Both the position numbers and the translations under genes were made by a program. DNA of 64,000 nucleotides from the human T2T-CHM13v2.0 reference genome, Homo sapiens. The stretch is from assembly GCF_009914755.1 (NCBI RefSeq), contig NC_060935.1; one strand, written 5' to 3'. Every line of letters begins with the position of its first letter. Position 1 is the first letter of the stretch. Below are positions 31,264 through 46,869 of this stretch, in pieces. The notes under the pieces were generated by a model. That model searched no databases. It was not told where the DNA came from and saw only the letters and a program-made list of their open reading frames with translations.

Positions 31264-32464
31264 GGTTCCCTCTGTCTTCTAAGAGCACAGATAACTGCAA
31301 GTTTACCATACATGATGGAGAATTTCTGCTACTTCCCCTGTAAAATATTTTCAAAATATCTTACTCACTCAACTGATAAAAGGTGATAAACCTACCTAAA
31401 AGACTTTTGGTGAAGAGAAGTAAGTATCAGTTGTATTTTTCAGAGCGCAGAAAAGTTGTGTGATCAAAACAACAAAAATAAGATTATAATTCCAGTTTAC
31501 TGATGGACTCGAAAAACATATACGTTATAAAACAACTAAACAACTCAACTGTAGCTATGTTACATGTTTAAAATGAACTAATCATTGTAAAAATGTTTAA
31601 AGAATGGGAATGATAGCAGAAGAAAAATGTCACCATGAGAGAGTATAAAGATGGGTTAAAGGTTTTCTTCCTGCAAAACTCAATTTGTTTATTAAGTTGT
31701 AGCACTGCCCACCCACCGCACCCCACAAAAAAAGCCACATTCATTTGAGGTCACTTTACCTCCTGCTATTTCCTTTGCAGTGAGTCTGCAAAGTTCTAAT
31801 GCACGGTGCTGATTTTATTCATTGAACAGAAAGCAATTGAGTGAAACATACAAGCAACTAAACCTTTGGCATCCTGTGAAACCACAAGAGAGCAAGATAT
31901 TTTTTCCCAGGTTCTAACATCTTTTTAAAGCTGTTTTTTCAAATAGCAGTATGCCTAGAATGACTGCATGCTTGTCTAGAGTCATGTGCTCAGTACCAAA
32001 AGCCAGATCAATTGACTCTGAGACGGGAAAGTAATCAAGACAAAAAATTTTAATGGATGTCTTAATTTAAGCAGCTCTCATTTACTTATTCTTTCATTTA
32101 GCTAATTTCAATCTATAAACAAAATAAAAGCAGTAGACAGTTTTTCCTATGGAAACTCATTAACACAGCTTTCAGAGTTAAGCTTCAGCTTAGCCCAGAT
32201 TCCCCTTAATCAATTATTTGTTGCTTTTAGAAAAGGTTGTGCAAAAACATTAGCTAAAACTGGTTAAAATTAAAGCACAGGGAAAGAACTTTTCTGAAAG
32301 ATATTAAACATACTATTAATTTATTTTAAATAGGATGGATTGGTAAAAATAAAAATATAAAAGAACTTAAGTCAAAATTCATTGTTTAAGAACCTAACAA
32401 TCATAAAGTCATATAAAGTAGTATGCAGTAAAATGTGGGAAAACTATAAAAATGTTAATTTTTA

Positions 32465-32798
<334 letters not shown>

Positions 32799-33754
32799 GA
32801 TTGCAAATAAGTAAACACACGACGCACGTCAATATTTTAAAATCTTATGTCTATACCATTCCTCCTTCCCCTAACATGACTAGTCAACAGCAAATTTTAG
32901 GTGTTCTCAATAAATTTCCCTTGGTGAAATGGTGGTGGGACAGGGAAGGGAACTAACTCTACAAGGATGGCACGAAAGTCCCTCATTCTTTATACTCACT
33001 TAAAAGAACGATCAAAAATTGTCAAAACTTCTGAAGTTCTTGTATAGGGGTTGGGGGTTGGGGGCTACATTTGTTATTATTTTTGCCATGTCTTGTGTTT
33101 TGTGTTTGATCATCCAGGAGCAAGTGGGAGTGGGGAGAGCAGGGAAGCTGTTTACCTATTAAGACCACTTTAGCCTACCTATGATCACTTCTAGCCAGGT
33201 TGGATGGATCCTTCTTAATAAAGGAAATACCAGATTTAGCTCCCTTTCCACTATCCCTGGCTTGTTGCTGGCTGAAAATTCAGTCTCTAATTGAAAGTCT
33301 GACCCATTTCTGAAATTTTGCCTGTTCTGTGTTTTTATCACTAAATGCTCCCCTGCTTCCATTTAAGCTCACCCTTGTTTGAGTGAGGTGAAGACAACAT
33401 TTGAAAATGTGTTTGGTTTTTTTGAACCCAATAATGCATTTAAAAGGTATATTTAATCCAGATCTAGTTATTAGTGGCTTCTGGTATAATTCCTCGTACT
33501 GTAATCATATGACAATGATTAGTTCATTATAATTAACTACAATTGAACTTTGTTTAGTACTTTTAAAATCCCATCTACCTAGCTATAATAAATCTATTGA
33601 CTATATACTATTTAACAGTTACTATGCTAGACACTGTATAAAAAACAAAACACCACCAATAAAAGTGTTTGCCCCAAAAGAGATCACAATCTAACTGTCA
33701 AGACAAATATACCCAACAAAATAGGTGATAACTGCTATCAGGAAATATCAAATA

Positions 33755-34060
33755 TGCTGGGCACAGTGGCTCACACCTGTAATCCTAGCACTTTGGGAGG
33801 CAGGGGCAGGTGTGTCACTTGGACTCAGGAATTTGAGACCAGCCTGGGCAACATGGTGAAACCCCATCTCTACCAAAAATACAAAAAAAAAAAAAAATGA
33901 GCCCAGCATGGTGGTGCACACCTGTAGTCCCATCTACTTGGGAGGCTAAACTACGAGGATCACTTGAGTGCAGGAGGTTGAGACTGCAGTGAGCTGAGAC
34001 AGCGTCACTGCACTCCAGCCTGGGTGACAATGTGAGGAGACTCTGTCTCAAAAAAAAAAA
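33755..34060 (+). mobile_element. AluJb-like
   Basis: Full dimer; TSD GAAATATCAAAT. Confidence 0.9.
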
Positions 34061-34639
34061 CACAAAGAAATATCAAATGCTATACAAACACATTCCATCT
34101 AGGAAGACACAGCTAGCAACATTTCCTGCTTCTCTTCCTTGATGTTTAATTTCTTTCTTCCTATATTTCCCACAAATAACATTTTTTCCAAATTATTTAC
34201 CTAAGAAAACCTTAATCATCCAACAAGTAATTCCTCTGTAATACGTATGTTATTGGCTAAATACAGCAATCCAGATCTATATCTATGTGTTAAAGTAGTC
34301 ACAGTCTAATTTATCTTGAACTTATTAGGGAAGTACATAACAACCATTGTTAAAATTTTATCAGCCATACCCATCAAGATTCCGGATTAAATGTTAAAAA
34401 TAAATGAAATCACAAACAAGTGAGCAAGAGGCTATAAAAAATGACCATCAATCCAATCAAGACAAATGTGAATTTAAAAAATAAAAAGTTAAAGAATGAC
34501 CACTAAGATCTTAAGAGGAAACACACAGAACTTATGGAAATAAAAAATATAACCTAATGGTAAAAATTCAATAGATGGACTAAAAAGCGTATCTCTTCAA
34601 ACACTGCTAAGGAGAACTAAAGGACAGACTATAGTGAAC

Positions 34640-36550
34640 ATAACTACAGCTAGAGGAGACATTTAAAAGAGAATACTATGAACAACTTTATGCAATAAAT
34701 ATGAAGCACAGACAAAATGGACATACGCCTAGAAAAATACAAACTCAAAATTGATTCAAGAATAATTAGAAGGCTGGGTACAGTGGCTCACACCTGTAAT
34801 GCCAACACTTTGGGAGGCTGAGATGAGAGGATCACTTAAGCCCAGGAGTTTGAGATCAACCTGGGCAACATAGTGAGACTTCATCTCTACAAAAACAAAA
34901 CAACAACAAAAAAACTAGGCCAAGCATAGCGGCATGCGCCTATAGTCCCAACAGCTTGGAAGGCTAAGGTAGGAGGATTGCTTGAGCCTGGGAGGTGGAT
35001 GGTGCAGCAAAGTGAGATCACACCACTGCACTCCGACCTGGGTGACAGAGCGAGACCCTGTCTCAAAAAAAAAAGGATAATCAGAAAGCCTGAACAGCAC
35101 TATGACTAATAAAGGAAGAAAAAATAAAATAAACTTCCCCCTCTTCCCCCCACCGGCACACACACAAACTAGGTCTAAAAGTTGTAAAAGCAAGGTCTAC
35201 CAAACTTTCAGGAAACAAGTAAATCCAGTATCACACAAATTCTTCCAGAGAATAGAAAAGGAGGAAATACACCCCCCAAGTCATTTTATGAGGCCAGTAT
35301 AATCTGGATACCAAAACCAGACAAGAACATTATTAAAAAATGAAAATTACAGGCCAATTTCACTAATAAACATACATGAAAAGAGTCCATATGCAAAATA
35401 TTAACAAACAGAATCCAGAATCCAACAGTATATAAAAATATACATTATGACCAATATGTCCCAGAAATTCAGGAACAGAATATATAGACTTTTTTAAAAT
35501 TATAAATATAATTCACCATATGAACAGACTAAAGAAAAACACTATAAGAGATATGGAAAAAGGATAAGAAAATGTCACATTTGTCTTAAAAAAAAAAAAA
35601 CTATAGCAAACAACACTTTGTACAGTGAAACTCATTAAAATCAAGAACAAGTATGTATGTCTACTATTACCATATTTATTCAACATTACATTGGAGGTCC
35701 TAGTTAATTTAATAAGAAAATAAAGTGGTATACAAATTTTTAAGAATATATTTGATATGATTATCTGCACAGGAAACAATATACATAATAATTATTGGAA
35801 TTAGAATTCAGCAAGGTATTTGGATATAAAAGTCTACATAGTCCCCTCAACCTGTCGAAAAAATAAACAGCAAAAAAAAATACCACTTCTGTATAAAGCT
35901 ATTAGAAAGCTTAAGTCAAATAAAAGACACCATTTACAACAGCAACAGCAAATATATGATATGCAGGACTAACTCTAGTAAAAATATATTCTAGACCTTT
36001 AGGGAAAGAAATAATTAAGCTTTAAACAGAGGCCAAAAAAAAAAAAAAAAAGGAAAACGTATATGAGTGTAAAAGCATTCTCTTCATGGATAGAATTGTC
36101 AAGGTATCAGTGCTCCCTTAACTGACCCAATTTAAATTTGTTTTAACATTACTGGGTTTTTCATAGAATTTGACAAGCTGAACCTAAAATTTATAAGCAA
36201 GAAAATAGCCAAGAAATTGTTTATAAGTGTAAGAGTCATGAGAATTTTTTTGTTTTGCTCAATGCCATTTTCCCAGCACCTAAAAAGTTCCTGGCACATA
36301 GCAGTTGTCTCCAATATATGTGCTGAATGAATTTTTGAATGAACACAGCAGGGAAACTTATCCTACCCTCTACGAAATTTAGAATGGAAATGACACAAGA
36401 ATAGGCAAAAAAGACAAATGGAACAAAACAGAAGGCCTAAAAATAAATCCACATGAATGAAATTCGATATATAAATAGAAGAGCAGATCATAGGGGAAGC
36501 ATAGAACAGTACTCAAAAAGTGATGCTGGGATAACTAGTTTATGCATGTG
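34640..36550 (+). mobile_element. Old L1M ORF2 remnants, interrupted by AluJ at 34772-35073
   Basis: tactatgaacaactttatgc, tcattttatgaggccagtataatctggataccaaaaccagacaag, tattcaacattacattggaggtcctag, catagaatttgacaagctga. Confidence 0.8.
34772..35073 (+). mobile_element. AluJ
   Basis: Full dimer inside L1. Confidence 0.9.
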
Positions 36551-36917
36551 GAAAAAAGCGAGATTGAGGGGAGAGATTATAAAGGGTTCATAAATCTCTA
36601 AGCACAGCCTGTATTATCTCTAGATTCTTCCTAGCAAAGCCTCACAAGTTTTACATTAAGATGCTATTCTAATTGAGAAAATATATAGTACCTCACCTGG
36701 AATGGTAATGCACAATAATATAAACACTTACTGCATGTTAGCTATCATCGTATCTGAGCCCTCAAACTTACCCTGATGTGAAGCCTTGCTTCACCACTTC
36801 CCAGCTTTGTCATTGGAGAAGTTACTTGAATTCACCTTGTCTTACCACAAAATGAGCTTGCACTAGCACTTACCTCAGCAAGAGTACTGTTGGGAGTTTC
36901 TTTTAATCCTTTTAGTA

Positions 36918-37223
<306 letters not shown>

Positions 37224-39376
37224 TTAGAATGGCATTAAGTTTGTAGATTAACAATTAGAATTGACACTGTTAAGAATCTGAATTTTCAGATCTGGAAATA
37301 TAGTATGCTTTTCTGTTTAAGTCTTTGTCTTAAAAAAATTTAATGTTTGCTTTAAAATTTTGTATGGAAGACTGTAAAAAAAAATTTAACACACATTTTT
37401 TAAGTGTGTAGAAGTAGTCTTTTTGTTTGCTATTCTAAAAGGGGTGTCTTCTTCCATTGTATCTTCTACTTGATTTGTAAAAACTCTAAGTATTACATAA
37501 AATACTGTCCAATTGTGGAATGCAGTAGAGGCTGGGGAATGAGCAGCAACTGATAGCATTTTGAAGGAGGATCAAGTCTGGAATCTCACTATGCTTCTCT
37601 CATCTCCTTCCTTGAATTTAAGATGTTTTTTAAGAATATTACAGAATAGCATTCAGCAAAACATGGACGTGTACTAGAACCCCTTTGAGAGAACTTGGTT
37701 TTTTATTCTTGAATGGTGCTAAAAAGTGACCTTATTATCCCATAGCATGGAATCCAAAAATAGTAGTAAAGAAGGCTTCCACAGAATATGTGCAAATCTG
37801 AAAATCTCAGGGCATGTACCTAATGCTATATTTATTTTTCACAAAACCGGAAATAGTGACAGCTTAAAACAAGTAACTAGACTGTTATATAGCTTTTAAA
37901 ATGCTGCTGCTATTGTGTAATTTTTAGCATTTTGTATATTGAATTTCTATGCCAGGAAGTATGCCACTGTTAACTATTTTACATGATGCCTAAATTTTAT
38001 TTTAAATAAAAAGTTATCACACATATCAAACTCAACTACACAAATTGTTATACTAAAACATTTCAGGAAATATGTGCTTTCTAACGCTAATGAAGTTTTA
38101 GAAAAGATTGTAAATATACAAACATAAAATAAACAAGTATCACCAATTCTGAAATTTGTTAAATCAGTAAAAGAATTTTAAGGGGTAAAAGTTCTATATC
38201 TTTATACCAGCTGACTTGACAAAATTAAGAGTTCCAGTAAGAGCAAAATGTTGTCCTCTATTTGGGAGGGGGAGGGGACAGGGCACTGAGCAATCAAGCA
38301 GTTAAAACTCCTATGTCGTATCTTAAATCACTTATAACATCAAAAAGAAAGTAAACATTTCAATCCTATTAAGAATATGATTTTGCTATTCTGTTCTGCT
38401 GTGGAAAACTAAGTAGTCACTTGTTTAAAAACTAAGATGAAGCAGACATAGCATAAACCAATTAAAATTAAATCAAAACAACAGTTTTAAGATGCAATAT
38501 GCATACATGAATTTCTTAACAGATTATTATAGTTAAAATACCACTGAGTGTACTCACTTCAAGTGGTGTGTAAAAATAAAAATAGCTGAAGAGAGGATGG
38601 TCAAACCTCAAAACAAGTACTATAACCACCACCCAAAAATGCAAAATAAAGGAAGTTGTCTTCTTCAGAGTTAAGAGGAGGGGAAAAAATCTTTCTACTT
38701 ACACATTGGGAGGAAGTGGGGATGGAGAGAAAGAAAAACAATTCCATGCCCTTCCTAAATGTTTAAGAACAAATGCAATTTATGTTACCTTCAGAAGCAT
38801 TTTATCAGTACCCACAAAATTGCCTTTTAATTTGTACTAGTAAACTTACATTGCCTGAGCATCTTTCTCTACCCCCCTTTCTCTTCACTTGATTTCATGT
38901 GAAAGTCAAATTATTTGTATGACTGCTACCAGAATTTTAATAAAAATTGACACAACATAACCCAAACAATATAAATTTTCCCCTATTTAGCCAGACTCTA
39001 AATGCTTTAGGGAAAAAGAAAAACGTGCAGTACATAATTTAATTAGGTTCCAACAACTCTTCACAGATTCATATATACTTCTCACCTGTAACAACTCAAT
39101 AGAGAAAAAAAAATTCAAGGATGAAAAGGTTTTATTTACTTCTTTCCATACGGCAGGTAATGAGAATGGATGTTGTCTCTTACAAGACACAGGTCAAACA
39201 TAGGAAAGCATGGAGGAAAAAACACAAAGAAGCCAAACTTAGACCAAATGTAGCTGTGACAAAGTTAAATGGCTTCATTAGAGAAAAAAAAGTCTTGACA
39301 GGATTTTCTAAAAATAAAATCTACCACTGTAGTGCTTACAAAGTACATAAGGCTAACAGTAAAGAGTGAGAAAAAT

Positions 39377-39741
<365 letters not shown>

Positions 39742-39913
39742 TCAAACATGGTAAAATTTATTTGGCAAGAGCTATAGTAAAATTTTAAGATGCCATTAGG
39801 CAACAGTAAAAATAATATTTAGGCAACAAAAAAGTATAAATCAATGTAAAAGCTTAGAAACACTAGAAGAAAAACAGCTATAGTATGTAAAGTAGTAAAA
39901 AATATATACATGA

Positions 39914-40255
<342 letters not shown>

Positions 40256-40270
40256 ACATACACCAAATTT

Positions 40271-40318
<48 letters not shown>

Positions 40319-40404
40319 CACACACACATATATATGTATATACACACACATATACATACACACACACACACACACACACACACGCATATACATATATATA
40401 TATA

Positions 40405-40405
<1 letters not shown>
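40271..40405. repeat. Compound (TA)/(TG)/(CA) microsatellite, 135 bp of alternating pyrimidine-purine
   Basis: Read directly. Confidence 0.95.
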
Positions 40406-40723
<318 letters not shown>

Positions 40724-41072
40724 TAGATCAAACACAAAATGAATCAAGTTAGGCTTTTAGACCCCTCGCATACACAGATACCTTTTCTTATTCTAAACAA
40801 ATATTCACATGTGCATAATCTTGTATTTTCTTTCCTAAAGAGGGTCCTCAAAATTATATAAGCTGTAGGTCCCCTCAACACCTGGATCTGATTCCTGCAG
40901 TAAACAGCAAAAACATACCTTTTCTAATGTCTAAAACTTGCCAATTTCTGGCCATGATGCCAAAAGTAAAATAGAACAAAAAAGCAGAAATCAACAAAGA
41001 CTTAAATTTTAAATATATAATAAAAATTCACATGATGAAAGGACACATTTTAAATTAGGAAATTAAAAACAG

Positions 41073-41378
41073 GGCCAGGCACAGTGGCCCATGCCTGTAA
41101 TCCCTGCACTTCAGGAGGCCAAGGTGAGACAGTCACCTGAGCCCAGGAATTTGAGGTCAGCCTGAGCAACATAGTGAGACTTCATCTCTATAAATAAAAA
41201 TAAAAATAAATTAGCCAGGCGTGGTGACACATGCTTGTAGTCCTAGCTCTTCAAGGGGCTGAAGCAGATGGACTGCTTCAGCCCAAGAGTTCGAGCCTAT
41301 AGTAAGCTATGATTGTGCCACTGCACCCCAGGCTGGGCCACAGACTAAGACCCTATCTCTTAGAAACAATGAAAAAGA
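41073..41378 (+). mobile_element. AluJ
   Basis: Full dimer; TSD-like GAAATTAAAAA. Confidence 0.9.
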
Positions 41379-41574
41379 AAATTAAAAAATATCCAAATGA
41401 CTCAATGTAGTATTCACGGTGTAATGTGAATGTGTTCATTAAAAGATGTAAAAACACAGCAATGAATTCTAAGATTTTAGAAAACAAACCCAAAGGAAAA
41501 CAGAACAAAATAATTTAAGGAAAAATACAAGGATCTATTCATTGGTAGTCCTGATAATTTAAGAACTGCTTCCT

Positions 41575-41809
<235 letters not shown>

Positions 41810-42199
41810 CTGGTTCCTTGGGGTTGGGGGAACACCATACTCAGAAACTTAAATGAGTACCACTGATGAGGGGGACGTCTTTATCATTTCAGATTCCCTG
41901 AAAAAGCAGAGGCATTATGATGACATGTAGTTAACATTAAAAAAAAATTTTTTTTTCAGATGATATAAATATTCAAACGAAAAAGGCTGTAACAAAAATA
42001 AGATACTTTTAACCACAGCTATATGTTGAGAAATTTAATTAAGGCAATGTTTTCACACCAAATTTTTAAGAAGAAAAATGTATTTACACATAAAGCTTAC
42101 ATTTCAAGAGGTAGAAAACTGAATCAACAGGATGAAATAGACAAAATTGTTTATCAACAATAGGAGTAACTATAGTTAATAACAGTGGCAAATTTCATT

Positions 42200-42368
42200 T
42201 GTTTTTTGTTTGTTTGCTTGTTTTAGAGACAGTTCACTGTTGCTCAGGGTGGTGTGCACTGGCGTGATCATAGTTCACTGCAGCCTCAAACTGCTGGGCT
42301 CAAGCAATCCTGCTGCCTGAGACTTCTAAAGTGCTGGGATTACAGGCATGAGCCACTGCGCCTGACCC
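42200..42368 (-). mobile_element. FAM-like Alu monomer
   Basis: Antisense single monomer. Confidence 0.75.
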
Positions 42369-42841
42369 TAAATCCAGATTTTTAAAGAACATAAAATTTA
42401 AAGCCCTGGGAGAATATGAAGATGAACATACTACCCAATTCATCTTTCAAGTCAAATATATTCTTGGTCACAAGTTTCTGTGAACCTAGAAACTGGAAAC
42501 AAGAAACACAACACCCATACAACTTAATAAAATAAACAAGAAACTGGGGTAAAATGATGGTGTATAAAACCCCTCAGTGTACTAAGTAAATATATTCTAA
42601 TGATCTAACATATCACAGTAATGGCTTAACAAAAACAAAGAGGATCCATTTCTACAGATATCAAAACAGCATCTGGTAAAATTACATTGCAAATAACATT
42701 AAAGGAAAACACTAATAGGATACTTATATAACTTATCCAAAAAATTTTAAAACCATTGTACACGATGTAGAAAAAAATAGTTAACAAAACAAGGTTATCT
42801 ACTGTGTTCATTTTGTTTGAACTATTTTGTTATAAGGTTCT

Positions 42842-42983
42842 GGCCTGGGCATGGTGGCGCACATCTATAGTCCCAGCTATTCAGGAGACTGGCGGGAGGA
42901 TCACTTGAGCCCAGAAGTTCAAGTCCAGCGTAGGCAACATAGGGAGATCCCCAACTCTTAAAAAAAAAAAAAAAAAAAAAAAA
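42842..42983 (+). mobile_element. FLAM_A-like monomer
   Basis: Single monomer with long A tail. Confidence 0.8.
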
Positions 42984-43029
42984 GTTCTGGCAAGTCTACT
43001 ACAGAAAGAGGATGTAAGTATTAAAAGGG

Positions 43030-44055
43030 AAGGAACAAATGAAAAGGCAAGATATGGACTAGAAGAAACTATCTGTAATACACAGCTGACAAAGGATTTG
43101 TGTTCCAAATATATTAAGAAACTTTACAACTCAGTAACACAAAGCAATCCAATTTTCAAAAGAGACAAAAGACATACAGACACACAAAAGGAGCTATACC
43201 AATGGCCAATAGGCACATAAAAAGATGCTGAATATCATTAGTCGTCAAGGAAAAGCTATTTAAAACCACAATGAGATACCACAGCACAGCCATTAGATTG
43301 GCTAAAATACCCAGTATCGGTAAAGACCCAGAGTAACTGGAATTTCCATACCCAGTTGCTGGGAATGTAAAATGGTACAACCATTTTATAAGAAACCACC
43401 TGTTTCCCAAAGTTAAACATCCACTTACCATACGACCCAATAATCACAACTTGGTATTTATCCAAGCAATATGAAAATGTAAGTCCAAACAATGACTTGT
43501 ACATCAATGTCTGGGGCAGCTTTATTCACAGTTAATGAACATTGGAAACAACCCAAATGTTCTATCAATAAGCAGACAAGTAAATTGTGGTATATCATAC
43601 AATGAAATACTACCAAACAATAAAAAAGAACTAACTACTAGCCAGGCGTGGTGGCGTGTGCCTGTAGTCCCAGCTACTTGGGAGGCTGAGGCAGGACGCC
43701 CACTTGAGCCTGGGGAGGTTGAGGCTGCAGTGAGCCATGATGGCACCACTGCACTCAAGCCTCAGCAACAGAATGAGACCTTGTCTCAAAAATAGTAATA
43801 ATAATAATAAAATAAAGAACCATAGAAACAAGCAATATCATAGATGAATGTCAAAATCATCATGCCAAGCAAAAACATCCCAGACACAAAAAGAGTACAT
43901 ACTGTATATTTCTATTATATAAAGTCTAGAAACAGGCAAAACTGAACAATGGGAATAAAAAGTCAGAAGGGAGACAAGGGACCTTCTTGGAGAGATAGAA
44001 ATGTCCTATATGTGCTTGTAATGATGGTTACACAAGGTGTGTAATTTTTCAAAAC
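43030..44055 (+). mobile_element. L1M (L1MB/ME-like) ORF2 end/3' UTR, interrupted by Alu right arm at 43638-43815
   Basis: aaaagatgctgaatatcattagtcgtcaagg, aaaccacaatgagataccac, gctgggaatgtaaaatggtacaacc, ttggaaacaacccaaatgt. Confidence 0.85.
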
Positions 44056-44940
44056 TCACATGACAGGCTTTTCCAAGTAAAGTAACAGATAATGGGCAAA
44101 GACATGAACAAATCATACAAGGAAAAAAAATGCAACAGTAAAAATAAGAATCAGAGTTCCCTGGAAACAATAACAATATAAACCAAAAAATGTTTAAATA
44201 TCATTTTATATCAATTAGCAAATTAATTTACAACTTTTTTCTTATAAAATAATTACACCATTGTAAAAACTTTATGAAAGTATAAAGAAAAAGATAACTC
44301 AACATTTGGGTCAATTTCTATTTCTTCCCATTGTTTTATCTATTATTTTAAAGATTAAAAAATAACACAAAAAGTATTTTTTCTTCAGGTAAATCATAGT
44401 ATAAGCAACTTATGTCATCATATATATTTCTTAAATAATTTTTATAAGCTACACCGATCTGCTTTAAGTCCACTAGAAAAAAGAGTTATATTTAACCATT
44501 GGTCTATTTAAGACAATTCTAGTATATCACTATTATAAGTCATGTCATGATAAATATCACTGTAGATAGATATTTATGGTTCTTATCCCTGGAGGTGTAT
44601 TTATCAAGTCAAAGGAAAAGGCGAGGCTATTGATAAATAACACTAAACTATACTCTAGAAAACTACACCAATTATATTCCCTTAAGCTTATAAACTCAAG
44701 TTTTAAAAATTCCTTTTCCTTATAAACATATTGCATGTTCAATAAAGAAAATCCAGACACAGAAAAGAAAAAAACAAAAATAATTAAAATCATCCATAAT
44801 TCCACCATCTAAGGATGCCCACTCTTAGCTTGTGTCCTGTTTTCCTATGCATATATAATTAAATCTATGCTGTACTGTGAATTTCATTTTATAATCTGTT
44901 TTCATTTTATAATCTGTTTTCCCCACCCCCACCCTGCCCC

Positions 44941-45215
44941 TTTTTTTTGGAGACAGGTCTCTGTCGCCCAGGCTGGAGTGCAGTGGCAGCGATCACAGCT
45001 CACTGCAACCTCGACTTCCCTAGGCTCAGGTGATCCTTTAACCTCTGTTTCCCAAGTAGCTGCAACCACGGGCACGTGCCAGCATGCCTGGCTAAATTTT
45101 TTAGAGACGGGTTTTCGCCATGTTGCCCAGGCTGGTCTTGAACCCCTGGACTCAAGCAATCCACCTCCCTCCACAAAGTGCTGGAATTACAGGCGTCAGC
45201 CATCTCACACAGCCC
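44941..45215 (-). mobile_element. AluJ
   Basis: Antisense diverged dimer. Confidence 0.88.
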
Positions 45216-45807
45216 CGCCCTTACTTTTAATGAGCATTAGCTTACCAGTCTTTTAAAAGTAATTTTAATGACATGGACCATATTTAATCCATCTTCATTA
45301 TTAACCACATAGGTGATTTCTAATTTTTTTAGATTAAGCAACAGTCAAATCATTGCACATATAGGAAATTACTTCATCAGAAAAAGTTACCTGGAAAATA
45401 ACTACTGGGTCGAAATTTATGAAATTTAAGATTTAATTCAGCTTGTTGATTTCCAATCTCAATAGCAGCATGAGAGTGCCCATTTCCCATAACTTTACCT
45501 ATAACAGGTAGTATTTTACTAACCTGTGTCAATTTGATAATTTAAAAATCGTTTATTGTTTTACTTTGTCCTGGTTTTTTTTTCCTATTCAGTGAGGGCT
45601 AACAATTTAAAATGTTTATTGATTTGTTTTTCAACTGCTCACCTTGCTGTCATTTTAAGATATGAGAATTATTTGTATCATCAGCAAATTTATTTTAAAA
45701 ATGCAGTTCTTGTTGTTGATCATATCCATTAAGTTATATATATAATTCTGATATATCCATGTAACCTATTCAATTACTGATGGAGGGTAAAACTTTTTTG
45801 AAAAGCA

Positions 45808-45812
45808 TCCAT

Positions 45813-45846
<34 letters not shown>
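45808..45846. repeat. (CA)n microsatellite
   Basis: Read directly. Confidence 0.92.
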
Positions 45847-45847
<1 letters not shown>

Positions 45848-45879
45848 ATGGATTAGTCTGTCTCCTACATCAAAGAAAA

Positions 45880-46730
45880 TTATCTAGCTGGGACTCCCAT
45901 CAAGTTCTTCCTTGTTTCTAAAAACTCTCCTGCATCCATAAACATAGCCATATAAATATCCTTCCCACCCTTCTAGCGAGTGTTAAAAAAAAAAAGTATA
46001 TTATTCTGCCCATCTTTTATCCTTCAGTTAGAAATCAAATCTCCTCCAACCTTCTCAAAGGTCCTTGCCATCAACAACTGTCCCTCCTCCAACATCTTCC
46101 CTATTGTACTAGCTTTTTCCTCAGCATATAAACAAGACACCTTCTTTTTCTAAAAACACTCACATGCACCACTGCACTACCACCAACCTAGCCCCAACCT
46201 CTGCTCTTACCTTCCTTCTTTCTCCTCCATCAACATTTTTCTTGACTGCCCATCCAGCGGTCTGGCTTCTAGTCCCACACTGCTCTCTGTGTCCTGTTCA
46301 TTGCTGAATCCAAACTTACAATTTTCACCATCAGATTATTTACCAATCTAAGACCTGTGACCCTGCTGAACACTCAAAGCCATTCCTGAAACTGTCTTCT
46401 CTTGGTTTCTGTAATACCTAACATGATTTGTGTCTCTAGTTCTCCAGTGGGTTCTGTTCAGTCATCTTGTTCCTTTTCTTCTTCCAGAGTCCCTTTTAAT
46501 GGCAGGCTTCCAGAGTCCCACCTTGAGCCGGCAGACCTCCTTAACATGAATGATCCTCATCTACACCAACTAGCTTCAAAAATCCTTACTTTACATTCCC
46601 AAATCTACCTCTGCACCTAAATCTCTTACCTACACTTCTCTTCTGATTATAAAAAGGGATATATACCTTCATATGGCAGCCCCTGAAGCATCTCAAACTC
46701 AACAGGTTCAGAACTGAACTCATCATAAAT
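45880..46730 (+). mobile_element. L2 fragment
   Basis: Pyrimidine-rich L2 ORF-end motifs (catctcaaactcaacaggttcagaactgaactcatca). Confidence 0.65.
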
Positions 46731-46869
46731 TAAGATGAATGACAAAATGACTTGCAATTTGAATGAGGCATAAAAATATCAATCTATTTTTTGAGCTAGC
46801 AGAGAAGTAAAAATAGAAACAAAATCAAAACTTCAGAAGAAAACATCAATTACAACATTACTTAATAAA

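Noticed and set aside
33047-33064. GGGGTTGGGGGTTGGGGG as G-quadruplex or telomere-like repeat
   Set aside because: Only three G-tracts and no TTAGGG units.
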